DNA of 64,000 nucleotides from NCBI GenBank assembly GCA_030248215.1, contig JASANG010002092.1:434001-498000 (forward strand). The letters run 5' to 3'. Under the pieces are notes generated by a model, which was not told the DNA's origin, searched no databases, and saw only the letters and a program-made list of their open reading frames with translations. Each line of letters starts with the position of its first letter. Position 1 is the stretch's first letter. Of this stretch, positions 27,601-42,600 are shown in pieces. Made by a program: the position numbers and the translations under genes. Origin of the DNA: Enoplolaimus lenunculus. Lineage: Eukaryota.

Positions 27601-30600
27601 GAATTGATCATCGTGTCCGAACTTGACCATGACAGAACTTTCACAGCTAACGAAGTGGATGCCATACGTGAGGGCATCATTGAAGCAACTTACAAGGCTT
27701 CAAGCAGCGAGTACACGCATTTTGAAGACTCCGGTGTATGGAGTGAGCATTTGCTTGTAACATGCGCCAATGAGGCGTCACGTGTGACTGGCTGAAACAA
27801 GTCGTCACAGAGATTTCTGTCATAGACGGGGAAGACTTAGAAGCTATATCGAAAGGTGTATTCGACAATTGTCGAATCTTCATGGTTGTCCCGAACCTGA
27901 GAAATAAAGCTTACACCGAAGAGTTGGTTCTTAGCCGACGTATAAATCAGAATCGAAACATAGATTTCGATGGTTGGTTCCCTAACCGTTCTTGGAATAG
28001 GGCTGTTAGTTTTAACATTCTTTTTGCTATGCCGAAGTCCAGCCGTCAAGACCTGAAGGATAAAGTTAATGATAAGCCATTCTTTGAATTATCATGGCTG
28101 CAGATCCGCGACGTTCGCGGGTCTGTTGCAGCGGATAACTGAATAGTTTTAGTTTTTGTGATGGCTGCGGTTGATCAAGATTATACCGTAAATGTAGTTT
28201 ACATTAATTTGCAACATTCTAAGTCAGCAACCGCAGCCTTAAATGAACTGCTAGCAGATCAAGTTAACACGATAGCTTTGATTCAAGAGTCCTATTTGAA
28301 ATCCGGAAAAGTAGCCGGTTTATCATTAAGATATCATAGAATAGTGTCCCACATAGGAGATAATAGAATTATGGCTTGTGTAGTTGTCCCTCGTAAACTT
28401 TTGTGGAGGGGGATAAACAAAGTATATTCGTCGGACGGTGTTGCAATTGCAATTGTGGTAGGTTCAAGTAATCGTCATAGTACAATAGTTGTAGCTTCTG
28501 TTTATTTACCTTTCAGTAATGATATTTTGCCTCCAACTGAAGCTCTGAATAAAATTGTCAACTATTGTATTCATTACAACTTAAAACATAAAAGTGGTAC
28601 AAATCCAAGACGAATTATTCCTTCTCTGTTCTATGCTGAACTTAGTGAATTATTGCTGAGTATTAATTTAGAGTTATACAACAAAGCTGATATGGACTTA
28701 GTAGTGACTCATGTGGAAACTGCCATAAACTTTGCAGTCGAACAATCATGCAAATTAAATAGTTCAAATTGCCAAGGTAAAACTGTTTGGTGGAATCCAC
28801 AGTTAGCTGACCTTAGAAGTAAATGTAGGAAAGCCTTTCGTGCTGCTAATAGACATAAACGAGATTCTTTATGGCAAAAGTACTTTAGACTGCGAAAGAA
28901 CTACAAAGATAAAATCAGGAAAGCTAAATCTGAATTTTGGAAAAGACTTACTGAGCAAATTAGAGGCTCGCCACAAAATGCAAGATCACACAGAATAGTG
29001 TGTCATGCCAGTTGACACAGCCGATAGGTAAATTATCAAGATATACTAAAGAGATTGATTTGTTTGTTAATGATTTGATCATTGTAAATTCGATCAATTT
29101 CGCTATTGCTTCCTTTAAGCCTTATAAAGGTGCTGGACCAGATGGTATTTCACCCAGATAAATACATATTGCTAAAAATTTATTGACTCCGATATTTTCA
29201 GAATTATTCAGACTAAGTCTTAAAACTGGATACATTCCACTAACATAGAGGAAATGTAATATTGTTTTTATACCAAAGCCAGGAAAAGAAGACTATACAA
29301 ATGCAAAATCTTTTAGACCAATCAGCATAGCTTCATTTATCCTAAAAGGAATGGAAAGAATATTGGATCGCTATATTCGTGAAAAGCATATTAAAAGACA
29401 ACCATTAAGTATTAACCAAAATGCCTATCAAGCAGAGAAGTCAACAATCACAGCATTACACTATTTAGTGTCTGATATTGAATACTTTATGGACAAAAAA
29501 CACTTAGTGCTTGGTATTTTCGTAGATATCGGTGGTTCTTTTGATAATGTGAACTTCAGTTCAATCGGAAAAGCACTTAAAAGGTTCAGTGTTGAACCGT
29601 TCAACCGTTCATTATCAATTGGATAATGCAGTTACTAAATACTAGAATCATTACTGCAAAAGTAGGATGTAGCAGTAGAAGTGTATTAGCGAGAAAAGGA
29701 TGCCCAGAAGGCGGAGTTTATGGGTAATGGTCATTGACTCTTTGATTCAAGAATTGAAATGTAGAAACATTACTTGTCACGTTTATGCTGATGACGTTGC
29801 AATACTTTGCACAGGGTTGCAACCTAATACAGTTGCTGGACGAGCAAACGAGTCGTTGAAAATAGTAAATAAGTGGTGTCGACAGAATGGTTTGAAAATT
29901 CAACCTTATGGTGTATCTTTACGATTATCAGAATCAGTAAAATATTTTGGCGTCACATTAGACAAAAACTGCGGTGGAATATACACTTTGAAGATGCATG
30001 CAAGTCAGCGATAAATAGTTTGATTCAATGCAACAAAATTGTTGGGAAGAGTTGGGGCAGTCGAGCGTCAACTGTTCTTTGGCTGTACGAAGTTGTGATA
30101 CTCCCAAAGCTGTTGTATGTATGTTTAATTTGGTGGCATAAAAATGTCCTTTAAGGTCAATCAGAAAGCTCTGACTAAAATTCAAAGGCTTGCATTACTG
30201 TATGCATCAGGAGCCTTGAGATCAACAGGTCAAATGTCATTAGAAATTATGTTTAATGTTTTACCTATGCTGCCGGATGGTACACAAGACTTCACTCTTG
30301 CAAATGTTGGAAAGATCACCTCATAGGAGATGGAACAATTTCTAGCACTGTTCTAAAGAGAATTCCCTTTGTAAACTTACCAACTGATTTGGACGTTAGA
30401 GAATATATAGATACAATTCCATGGACTGTACTAATTAATGGAGAGGATCATCCTGTAACTGATATAGAGTGTTTTACTGGTGGGTCAAAAATAGAGAGCA
30501 TTGTTAACACAAACAGAGGCACTGGGTGTGGTGTTTTCATTGACAATGTAATCAGTTTATCTTTCTCTTTGGGTTAATTTTCGTCAGTTTATGAAGCAAA

Positions 30601-33600
30601 AATTTTGGCTATTGATGAGGTCGTCTAAGAATTAATTAAGCAAGGTGTTAGACAGAAAATAATTGTCATTATATCAGACAGTCAAGCTTCCCTCAAGGCA
30701 CTTGATATGAACTGGAGTAATTCCAAAATAACTAAGAGCTGCTCAAAGCACCTACAAGATCTTTCAATTACAAATAAAGTGTTTTAACATGGGTCAAAGG
30801 TCATTCGGCCAATTATGGAAATGATATGGCTGATGCCTTGGCTAAAGCTGGAGCTCAAAGGAGGTTTATCGGACCAGAACCTGTTATAGGTGTACCACAA
30901 AGAGATAAAAAATATGATCCAGAATTGATGCATTTCACATACTAACCAGAGATGGTTAGAGCTAAATTCTTGTTGAAATACAAAGATATTCTTTAGTAAA
31001 CTGGGAAATACAAAGATATTCTTTAGTAAACTGGAACCAAAACATACTAGTTTCATTGTGCGACTTAATAGGAATAGAGTTAGATTACTAACACAAATAG
31101 TTACTGGACATTGTCAACTAAATAAGCATATGCATAAAATAGGACTCTCAAACTCGAGTATTTGTGATTGCTGTGGAATGGAGGAAGAATCTCTGGAGCA
31201 CTTCTTAATGAGATGTTTGGTCTATAACGAGGTTCGGTATAGGGTCTACAGATCATGTAGTCTAAATAAAATTGATAATAATATATATAAAGAAATTTAA
31301 TAGGTTTATCACAGAGTCAGTAAGATTCTAACTTAGACTCTAACTTAGTTACCCTAGGTTTCAGAGACTGTGTAACGGGCCAACTGTGTCTAAACGCCTC
31401 GAGGTCTCTATCATGGATATCTATCTATATATGAAACATTTTGGTTAAATTTACAAAATTCTATATCTAGAATTTTTCACTCAAATCCTATAATAATATC
31501 TTTATATGTGGCAATGTGACACAATTTTTTGCATTGGACGGAATGTATACGCTTCATTTGCATGTTCAGAACGATAAAAATCTTGAGTTCCGTCTGGAAA
31601 ATAATTAGTTTCTTTTCTTCACCTACGGCTTTAAAATTAGGACACTTCTGTGAAGCCGTTTAGTTAAATTAAGCAGGTTTGCATGCTAAACGTTAAACTC
31701 GCAAAAATATGTGGAGAGTGTGTAGCCAGTCAGTTGCACCACTCCGGTAACTCAGTCCAAAGACACCTCGCTACCCACTGCGCCGAGAGTTCGACTGCAG
31801 TTTCAGCCGCCCGTTGAAGCAATACTCGTTGCTTCGCTCATCGTAGGCCGCACCAAAGGCCTATTTCAAGACCTGGGGAAAAGTAAAATTTATTGTAGCC
31901 TATAAGTTAGCACGCAAAACCAACCAAAATAACAAATGTTCAATTTAATTGACAAAATCTGTAGCAAAACGTACTATTTGTTGTAACAATGGCTGGTATT
32001 TTGCGTATATTTTTTGCTCAAAATATTAAGTAAACGTTTAATTCGGCGACTTAAGTAATTTCTTAAGTATGACTTTAGCAAGTACGTCGTAAGATTTCAG
32101 ACACTTAGCAGTCTTAAATTAACAACTTTCCGCCGGCATAATGTTAAGGCTTTATTACTCAAAGGCAATTTGTCTGCGTGCAGATAAAAGCCATTAAATT
32201 CACATTTATATGAATTCTATCAGTAGAGTTTGATGGAGCAGAATAATGTTGGGCTTGGGCAACTCGCGGTGACCGTGCATTTGACTTTCAGTGAAAAGAC
32301 TTGTTTAATATAGCTTGTTAGCGCGCTTAGTTAACAGTGCTCAGAAATCCACGCTAATTGCTCACTGCTGAAGTTACACACAATAATGTTTGCATCATTT
32401 TAGGAGGATCAACACTTGCGATTTCGGATTTGCTGAGTTCAGTTAAAGATTTTCCACATTTGAATGACTTAAAAAAGTCGTTGAAATACAGAACGAAGAA
32501 AACGATTGCGCCCGCGTTACATCGTCTAGCAAATGAAAAAGTAACGATCATGTTTAAACTTGTATATTTGATTAGATCTAATAAATTAGCCCAGTGGCAC
32601 ATGTTTATGTGCATAGTTGCGTATTGTATGTAGTTTCTTAGTTATAAAACCCGTCGTTGTTTATCATTTTCAACGTAGAGTGATACCTTGACCGATATAA
32701 AAAGAATTTGACGACGTGTAAAAATATATTATGTACATCATCGCAGGGAGCGACCAAATATTTGGTTCCGGTTCAAAATGCGGCAAAATTTGATATCTGT
32801 ATCTGGTTCCGGTATCCGGTATAAATATCATAAACCTGTGTTTACAATTAAGCGTCTTTAACATGTTGCGGCGAATACATTTTTGGGCAAGTTAAGAAGT
32901 TCAGTTTTGATACGTTTCAGCTACTGTTATTTAACTTATGTAAGCGAGCGAGAGTTAAGCGTATTTTTGCATTAAATAATTTCAATTTATAAGCAGCAAT
33001 TATGAACTTAATAACAGACGAAAACCTTGAGCTCGCTAAAAATTCAGCGAAAAAGTAAATTATTTTAAGACACAATATCCATATCGGGTTCCTGTTCCAG
33101 TAAAAAAATTCAATATTCCAATATTAGTATCCGGTTAAACTAATATCTGGTCGCACCCTGCATCATCGACACAAAACCGAACACTTGTTCCATCTGCGTT
33201 TACAACTGGCATTTCATTTACCATCATGCTTTTTCTACATATAGTGCGTGTGACTTTGCAAACTAAGTTTTGTTTGCGTGGCTTTGTGTACCTATGAAAT
33301 TATAACTAAACGCATAACTCTTAATCTTTTTTGAATTTTTGCGATAGATATATTGCAAGCTATAGGTCCAACGTATCGCGGCATACGACTCTGTGAAAAA
33401 GGATGTTTCCAAATGGGATCGCGTAGTTCACAGCAATCGTTTGGTAAATTTAAACGAGTTTTTGCATGGTGTAAAATACGTGAAACCGATTAATGTATAT
33501 CTAGTGGCGCATGGAAATATTTTAATACTATTTGTATCACAGGGTTTTCGATATTTCTTTTATTTTGTATTGCTCTGTTACGGTTACCTATTCTCCGGAT

Positions 33601-36600
33601 TACCAAAATGTTACTTGGAAGGCATAGCAATTGGTAACGGGAGGTATTCAAACGTGAAAGATCTGGTCTGTTTTTGTACAAATGTGTTCTTAAATAGCCT
33701 AGTAAATATAAAATGGGGAGAAAATTTCGATGAAAAATATGTAAGATTATCAACTTTGCATATTCTGTCGAGTTTGTGCTACTATATTTGTGACATAATT
33801 GTAAAAAATATACCACATGTTATTGTTTTATCAAGGCTGAACAGATTGTGTTATCCACTGAAGAGGCGTTTCACTTACCCACTGCAGCTGTAATCTCGAA
33901 GAATTTTACGGTGATGTTCCGTAATAATTGTGTTTTATAGTACTAGCATTTATATGAATCCGTCGAAAATTTTATTATTAGGGTTACGTGTTATGTATAA
34001 AGTGTTCTTCAATTTTTATTTACTGGAATGTGGCAGTTTGCTATTCAGCAGGGCAATAAATTTTTGGGCACTGGTTTTGCGGTTTGTTATACTCGAACCT
34101 TTGACATTTAACGAATACCTAGTAGTCGATATGAATTTGCTAGGGAAGACCGGAATACCAGAAGATTTATCAGTTTTAAGGATACATGTAATATTCTTCG
34201 TGTTTTGTTCTTTAAATTTAAACATCACGAACGATTGCCTATTTTTGATGCCGTAAATGAAAGAATTAGTGTCTTGCTCTAAAATTTATGTATGTTTGGA
34301 TGATGTAAATGCAGCCTGTAGCAATTATTTGCTCTTGGTGGTGGTAGGCTCGGTTTGTTTTGAGTTTTTATTGTGTGTTTTAGTTAGCTATCGCTAGTTG
34401 TAGATAGCTGTCATATACTCATGTTATGGCCCAATCATAAATATGTTCAAGTTACCCGCATTTTAGCCACGTACGGCAATCGAAAAGGCGACTTATGCAC
34501 TGCTCAAAAATAGCAAAAACAATTTGACAAACGAAATCGAAGTGACGGAAGCAGAAAAAGAAGCAATGAAAGCGATGAGTTTGGCTGAAGTATATTATTT
34601 AGTGCTAGGAAATATCTTTGTTTTACTTATCAGCTGTATTAAGTTTTTGGACCTTTAATTTGAATCAGTTACTGTATGTATCCAAATGAATTGTTGATAA
34701 TGTAGTTTTTGGTTTCAATAAACGGTAACTTTTCTTTAGGTAGCAGTCGTATTTTAAGTTTTCGATTCCACTATAATTATTGGTTTCATAGCCAGTGTGA
34801 GACATGTTTGTCGCTTTGCATGATACAAATTACGTAATGTTACGTATTATTTACGCGGCCAAGGATAACATTGTGGAATATTAACCTTATATTTATTTAC
34901 ATTTTTAGGCGAAACAGCGTTGCGCTGAACTGGCAAAAATGAGAGCATTAATGTCTTATCATGCAGCTAAAATGAAACGACAGAGTAAAATCAAAAGCAA
35001 AGGGTAAGCGTAAAGCTTTGTCTAAAAGCACTAAAATAGATAGTTTTTGAGAACATGCCGAGATCGCAATAAGTTGATAAAACCCGCGGATTGATGTGTT
35101 ATTAGAACGAATTTTACGTTATATAATTATTGTATTGAATCGACTGTGGTTTGTGCGTTTCATTTCCAAAATAAAAGCATTAGTTTTATACGGATTGAGA
35201 GCTCTGCACCACAATGACTATATTATGTTAGGACACGTATTGACGCTTAATACTGTTAGTTGTGTGAATCAGTTAGCTATTGGTGCACGCGAAATTTTTC
35301 TCACGTTTACACATTCGCAGGTATCATCGGATACTGAAAAAACAACAGAGAAAAATGATTTTGAAAGAATTTGATGACTTGAAAGACCGCGATCCGGAAG
35401 CAGCACGAAAGAAGCTTGAACTTTTAAAAAATAAACGTGCTGAGGTATAGAATTCGTGTCAAATTTACTCTGCTTCAAATAACTTCTGTTTTGTTTCATT
35501 TGTTTTTGGCGCGCTCGCAACGGTGTGGGCTTTAAATTGCAGCATTTCACTGAAGCTAGTTTGGAAATGAAGCTAGGTATCAGGATTATAAACCAGTTTA
35601 GTCTGTTATTTTAAGCTGATCATAATTTCCTTCAGTAGCACCGCAGCTGACTTCAATGTCGAAATCAACAGTAACCAGTGTTTGCGTTTGCTGCTTAGTT
35701 TTTTTGATATGATCGCGTTGTTGTTCTAAGTTTGGAATCAGCCGATCGAGTAATTTTGTTGTCTTGAGTAGTCGGCTGTACGTTTTTTCAGTTCCGTTTC
35801 CTGAATATGAATATTACGCTCGGCTGGAGATACGAAATCATCGCAGGAACTAGCCATTATAATTACTTAAATGTTAAGTCTCCGGAAAAACGTGTTACTA
35901 TGATAGTAATTGCAATCGGCAATCACCACTCATTAAAGTAATCGGACGTTCCTGGAGTGGTGACAACAGCCCAAGAACGTCCGACGAGACACCCTTAAGC
36001 TGCAAGCGGTTAGGTTCTGCGGACGTAGGTTTTTGATCCCCATTTTTATCAAATTGGAACATATCCTTCAATACTGTATTTAAGCATCTCATATCAATAT
36101 ATACCATAACCAAAAACAAACATAAAAAACCAGATTTGTAAACATCCATATATTTGTTGATTTTTACTTATTTTCTAACCATGTTTAAGCCAGCGTTTGT
36201 AGGTTGTGTTAAAACACACAATGTTCGAACAGCCCTAAGATTAGGTAAATTAAAGTTCATGTGTGAAGAATCAAGAATTTTATCTAAATTGTTGTGGCTA
36301 GAAGTTGCGCTCGTAGGTCTTATTCTTTAACCAATGCAGCAGCAGTGTATGATGAAATATCAAATGATTTAAAATTTAATCTAAATTTAGATTTGTTGAC
36401 TTTGTGCAGAACGCTCATAATTGTTTGTTTTACTTAGGAACGAATGACATTGAAGCATCGTAGCGGAAACAAGTGGGCTCGTGAAATGACGACGCACGCC
36501 AAACGAGATCCTGAAGTACGTTGGAATAGCCACATTGCAAACATTGCGTGCTGCGTCAAATTTTCTGTCCTACAAATCATCTTGGAACTATCTGGCATTT

Positions 36601-39600
36601 CGCTTATTGAGGGTGGAATGTTTCCTCCGCTTGTCCGAAAATGCCCCCTACTCGAAAAAATCCCACATGTTCAGACCGCACACTAACTTATAAAAACGGA
36701 AAAACAAGAAAACATGAGTTAGTGTCACCTCTAAGCTTCAAGATAGCAAACTAAACCTAAAATTTGCTAAACCAGTCGTAGTGGTACAACATGAATTAAT
36801 CGAAGCTCGGACATATTTTTTAATTAGTCTAGTTAAGTTAAATAATTTAAAAAGTCCAAATTATACTTTAATCAGTTAAGCTAAAATGCAAATTAGTTAT
36901 TAGCTGTATATTCCGGTTTTGGAGGTATGTAAACAATTTAATCATATTTCTCCCAGCCAAACCCTATTAGTACGGAATTTGATTGCTTGTAACCATAATA
37001 GTTAATGAAATAATGAAGTCAATGAAATCCTAATTTAGGCTTAACCAATTAAACTAATAAGTTATTAGCAGTTGATGTAAAAAGTCATAATTTAGGCTTG
37101 ACCATTTAATGTACAAGTTAGCCTGTATATAAATAATAAACGGCTTGAAATAAACAGGAAACGACGAAAATTCCAAATTATTATCACCGGATATTCATAT
37201 CGACGATTTTCTAAAAAACCTCCCCACTCATTAAATCTCCATGGGTTGAACCCGCGGTGGTACCTCAAAAAAGCTTTCACCAACTCGAGACGGGACTGGC
37301 GAACTGTCAGCCGATTTGTGTATTTATTTCGGATTTGCTGACGCAAATTTCCGTAGATGAGTAACCACTTTTCCATTTTATTATTAATGTTATTTAATGT
37401 AAACGTTCCATATATTCTGTAACAAATTGAGCTGTAACTCCTGTTGTTCGGTTAAGGTTCGAAAAATGATCGAAGAGCAAATAAGAATTGGTCAAGAACT
37501 AAGGACGAAAGTTGTTGAAACAGATGAATCATCTGATAGCGATGATGAGATGGAAATAAAAGCAAAGCGGCTGCATGAAGAAGCCTACCATGCATTAAAC
37601 ACTGCTGATAAAGTCGTGTCATTCGATGTAAACAATCCGTGGATAACAGCTGGGCTCTCAGCGGTAAAGTTTGACGACAGGCAATGTCTACTTACAGCAT
37701 CGCATGGCTATCATACAGATAGGCCATATAATATGAGCCCATATTCTCAGTGTGTAGCACGGTACATTCCTAACCAGCCAATTAAGAACTTATTTTTTCG
37801 CTTTTTTATCGCTTTGAGCGTATCTACTAGTGAGCAGATTTTGTAATTAACAGCGATCAGAATTCGCTTGTTTGAAAACCTGTTAGTATAATTTTGGTGT
37901 CGATTTTTTGCCATAACCGGACATTTAGTTGTACGCTGGTGTCAACTTAAAGTTTCGGAATGTTTCGGCTAAACTAATACTTCTAATCGTTTGATTTATT
38001 TTTATTTGTAGATGCGGAACCCTAGTCAGTCGCAAACTGGTATTGGAACTTCTGACCAAACGTATAATTCATTAAAGCGTAAAAATGATGTTAAAAGAGG
38101 TATTGTTCCGGACAACGATCATAACGGTGAGGGCATAGATATCAACGGCGAAGCTCGTTCTTCGAAGCTTTTGACATTTGAGGAGAAAAATAGTGAACAA
38201 AAGGCGCTTCCTGCTTTATTCAGCAACGAAAATCCTGCTCCAACGGTAAATGACAGTTGACGTTTCTGTCTTAGCAATTTAGGATAAGGGTGCTCGTGAC
38301 GCAAAGCGTTGGTGCGGACGTTAACGTAGCAGTTGTACAGTTTTAAGTAATTAATATTTTTAGATTTGCTGATCAATTTATTTAATTATTGGAATGCGGT
38401 TTATGAAACCTGCACCTACCTCATAGTGCATCCTGCCTAGGGTTTAACCAATATTAAACTGATGAATTTTTAACATTAATATAGAATGGTGTTACAATAA
38501 GCAGTAATGTTTTGCCGCACTTAGGTAATGATATTATTTTAATAAACAAAATTATGTGTGTGCAGGGACGGAACAATCGTGTACAGTTGGAGGACAGTAA
38601 TGTTTTTGCTAGAAAGCGCAAGAAACCGTCACGTCAAGATAGCCGTACCTGTGAAAATGCGAAAAAAGGTCAACATGAAGAGCCTATGTTGTGATGTAAT
38701 AATGTTCGGACGCAATATTGCAGATATTGTTGGTTTTAGCATAGAACTGAGGAATGATGAATTTTAATATTTTAGTTTAATGCACGTGAATTTCGCGTGT
38801 CAAATATTACCATGGAATCTATATGGGTCGAGGTCTCATTTTGAAAGCTGAAATTTCATTTCAAAACACAAGTCTCTATCTTGCAGTGTAAAACACAAAC
38901 CATTCTCTTGCAGCGTATAATGTTTACTTTTATCTTGTTTCGTTCCTATATGTACAAAGAACTTGGAGGAAAACGATAGAGTAGAATATTAGTATTGGCT
39001 TGATTTATTGTGCGATGCTAAAAATTCATACGATGCTCTTTCATTTTGAAGTTACGCACTTAGATTGCTTATTATTAGAATTCTTTCAGAAAGTAACACT
39101 AGTGCAAACGCAGCAAACAATCGACATAAGAGTAATGAAGTGGTGGCTAATTCACGTGATCTGACCAGTCTTGATATTGATACAATATTTGCGGATAGTG
39201 TAGAGATTAACGACATAGAAGACGATGACACGATTGATAGTAGATCAATTAAAAAAAATCAAAAAGCGAAAAAGAAGATGTTATCTCACAAATCTATTGT
39301 GTACGATTGGTTTGTTTTTGCAGACATGTATATATAAAAACCTGATGGTTTATGGTTACGAGTTTTTCAAGACGTGTACCATCAACTTCGAATATAGGTA
39401 GAGATATTTATTTTATTTATTTATCATTGCTTGCCACAACGTTATCACAATGAAGCAGTACACATATTTGATAGAATAACGAAGGAGTTAAAGACGGAGT
39501 TTATCACTGTAGTATTTTGTCTAGTTATTGAGTGACCGATCGATTTTGGAATACGTAAATACGTCATTATAGTATTGTTTTTGTTATTTATGTTATTAGT

Positions 39601-42600
39601 GAATAAACGATGGCGACTTATAAATGGAATTTTCAGACAATCTACTAATGTCCGGGACGTAACTGATGCTGCAAAGTGTGAATTATTGACTGATGCCGCA
39701 AACAGCTTTAATCCTGACCGCATCTGCGAATCGGTGTCAGTCGCCACTGGTGTATCACTTATTGAGTCAATGGAAGAGACTGTCGATGCCGAAGGTGGGA
39801 GTGTTCATAAAGGCCGCATTAGAAAACCCGGCCGAACTAAAAATATCTTTAGAGTATGAACATTTTCGTGAACCAAGAATTTTCTGAAAAATATGAGACA
39901 GAGCAAAGAAACCGTTGGTTAAACAATGGCCACTTGTACTTAGCGGTAATGACCTTTGTGCTTTTTTGTTTACACCAATTTAGTTTTGATTTTAGACTCG
40001 CAAACAGCTTTAGTTGCTGAAGCGTTCGAAGACGACGACATTGTGGAACAGTTTGTGGCAGAAAAAGAATCAAAGCGAATAGCTGAACAGGAACCCCCGC
40101 TGGACACAGAATTGCCCGGTTGGGGTGACTGGGCAGGTGATGGTATCAGACCAAGAAAGCGAAAAATTGTCAAGTACGAGTTAGTAGTGAAAATTACAGG
40201 AACAATCCAATAAGATCTTCCATTATCGTTGTAAGTTATGTAGAAGTTTTGGTAGTATTGTTGGAAACTAAAGCTTTGCAGAGTATAATCTTTCACGGCT
40301 TAAACTAAATCAATCCTTATGGTTAAACATCTACAAATTTCGCTGTTTTTGCGAAAGTATACCTTAAAAGAAGTTTATTAATTTTTCTTTTTCTCGATTT
40401 TCTAGACGTGCTGCTCCTCCGACCCGCCGCGCAGACAATTTAAAACCAGGTGTAATAATCAGCACGACTGAAAACATGGCTGCTAAGAAACTCCAGGTTA
40501 GTGTGATTTGATGTCGGCATAGTGTATGCTGTAATTTTGGAGTTTTCCGTTTTATCTTCAAAAATAAATTTCTGCAGCACACGGATGGATACAATTTATT
40601 TAAAGCGAATTATTTAGTTCTGTTTTTCCATATGTAATTACTGCGCTTCCAGTATTTTGTTTTTAATACCTTTAGTCGAGAAATTACTTCCTCGTCTGTG
40701 TGATTTATTAAAGCATGTTTGTAGGTAGTGTACCCCAAGTCGGGCCATGAAAAAGAGTATTATGTTTGGTGCGTTAAATTGCGTGTGAAAGTCTGTAAAT
40801 TTAAAAAGGCGTTAAACATATTGTTAAACTTCTATTCAAACTATCAAGTGTGTTAAACCTATTGTTAAACTTATATTCAAGCAATGTTTTTTCAAAAAAT
40901 CGTCACCTGTTTCACAAGGCTGCAGAATTCAGGTAGCCAAAAAGTTTATTTGCCGTTCACAAGTAAGCTGTGATATGTGTCACACAGAAACATTCACAGC
41001 TTTGTTTCTAAATAATATAGCTACACAATTTTCACTGCTTTTTTCGCTTCTGCAAAAAAGTTATTTCGATTTAGTGAAGTATAATTGACCAGGCTAGACT
41101 TTCTCCGGGGCCAGGATTTTTACCGGAGTTGAGGCTGAAACCCAACCCCCGGGATCGGTATTGAACGGGGCCGTGTTAGAACAATATAGTAAAGATAACA
41201 AACAACATGAGCTACGATATACCTAATACGTATATGGTGGCTAACTGTTTGAAATCTATATATTGTGTAGTGTGTACAGCAGGGTGGCACCGAATATACG
41301 ATTTGACTATTTCGAATCCGTTGCTAATTTGCCGATCCGATTTCATAGCCGATTCGCTGAATCCGAATTTGAATCTTGCATTTTGCAAATTTCAGTTGTA
41401 TCTGTAATTTGTTTCAGAATATCAACGCGGTGCCAGCCGAACATTTAAACGTTAATATATTTCGTGCCGGCCTCAGTTATGAGATTTGTGACCTGAAACA
41501 AAATTTTTTATTAATATAACAAGAATTTAAAATTTTTATTGTTTAAAACTGAAAAAACGTATTGCCGAACATTGCTGGATTCGGCTTTTGGATTCGGTTT
41601 TTTCACATCCCAATCCGAACCACAAGTTTTTGCCGAATCCGAACCTTTGTTGCCACTCTGGTGTACAGTAAACCGTGGGAAATTACAAAAATATCGTGTG
41701 CAGTAATTTCTTGTGATTTTCATATTTTGTAACGAGAACCGAGCGTGATAAGATTGTTTTTCACTGCAGTCAATTAAGAATCGTATATAAAAACTGGCCC
41801 CGGCTAGGCCGTTGCAAATAACGTGCTGCCCTCGGCCCAGATGCCTGAGTATTTCTAGCCCAGACATTATTTTGTTTAGACTTAATTTGAAAACTGCCAA
41901 ATGCTGCATGTTGTATTTTTAACCGTTTCTAACATGAATATTTTTGTATTTTATCTGAGACAATTCTTTCAACCTAGGATTCGAATTAGGTTCTCCTTGG
42001 GCGTTTAACAGCACCACGCAGCTATTAGCGCTTGACGCACGAACCCGGCGGAAGTCTCACGTCTTGTTTAGATTTTGTATTGCGCTACGCGTGGCCATTT
42101 TTAAATACTGTGCATTGTGTATATTTCGCGTACATAGTGTTTTACAAAGATCTACTGATACAAAACCAGTTGTATCAAAAAATTCAAAAAAGATTTTTAC
42201 GCTTCTTGATTACTGGTGATCAAGTACGCTGCTGAACCGAGCGGTTTTTTTTAATTTTGGATGTTTTCTAAACGATGACGCTCACCAATGAAAAACATTA
42301 ATCCGTTTACTCAGGACAAAAATGAGAACGACGATTTTAACATGAATCACAAACCCAGTGGTTGATAAAGAAATTTTTGACAGCGCCGCCGCCTTCATAT
42401 AACAGTGAGAACAACCTCCAAGATTTTATATGATTATAAAAGCTGCGTGAAGTCCACTAATTAAGTATTCAGAGCAGATCATGGCATCGTTAATCAAAAC
42501 ATTATGCGTAAAGTGGCACCTGTAGAAAACATGGTGCAACCGAAATTACAATTTACCGGAACTGGAAAATGAAGAATACATGCCACCGAAATGTTCAATT

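Noticed and set aside
33393..33893. 166-aa ORF as a standalone gene
   Set aside because: Only its first 17 codons belong to UTP14 exon 4; the rest is intron read-through.
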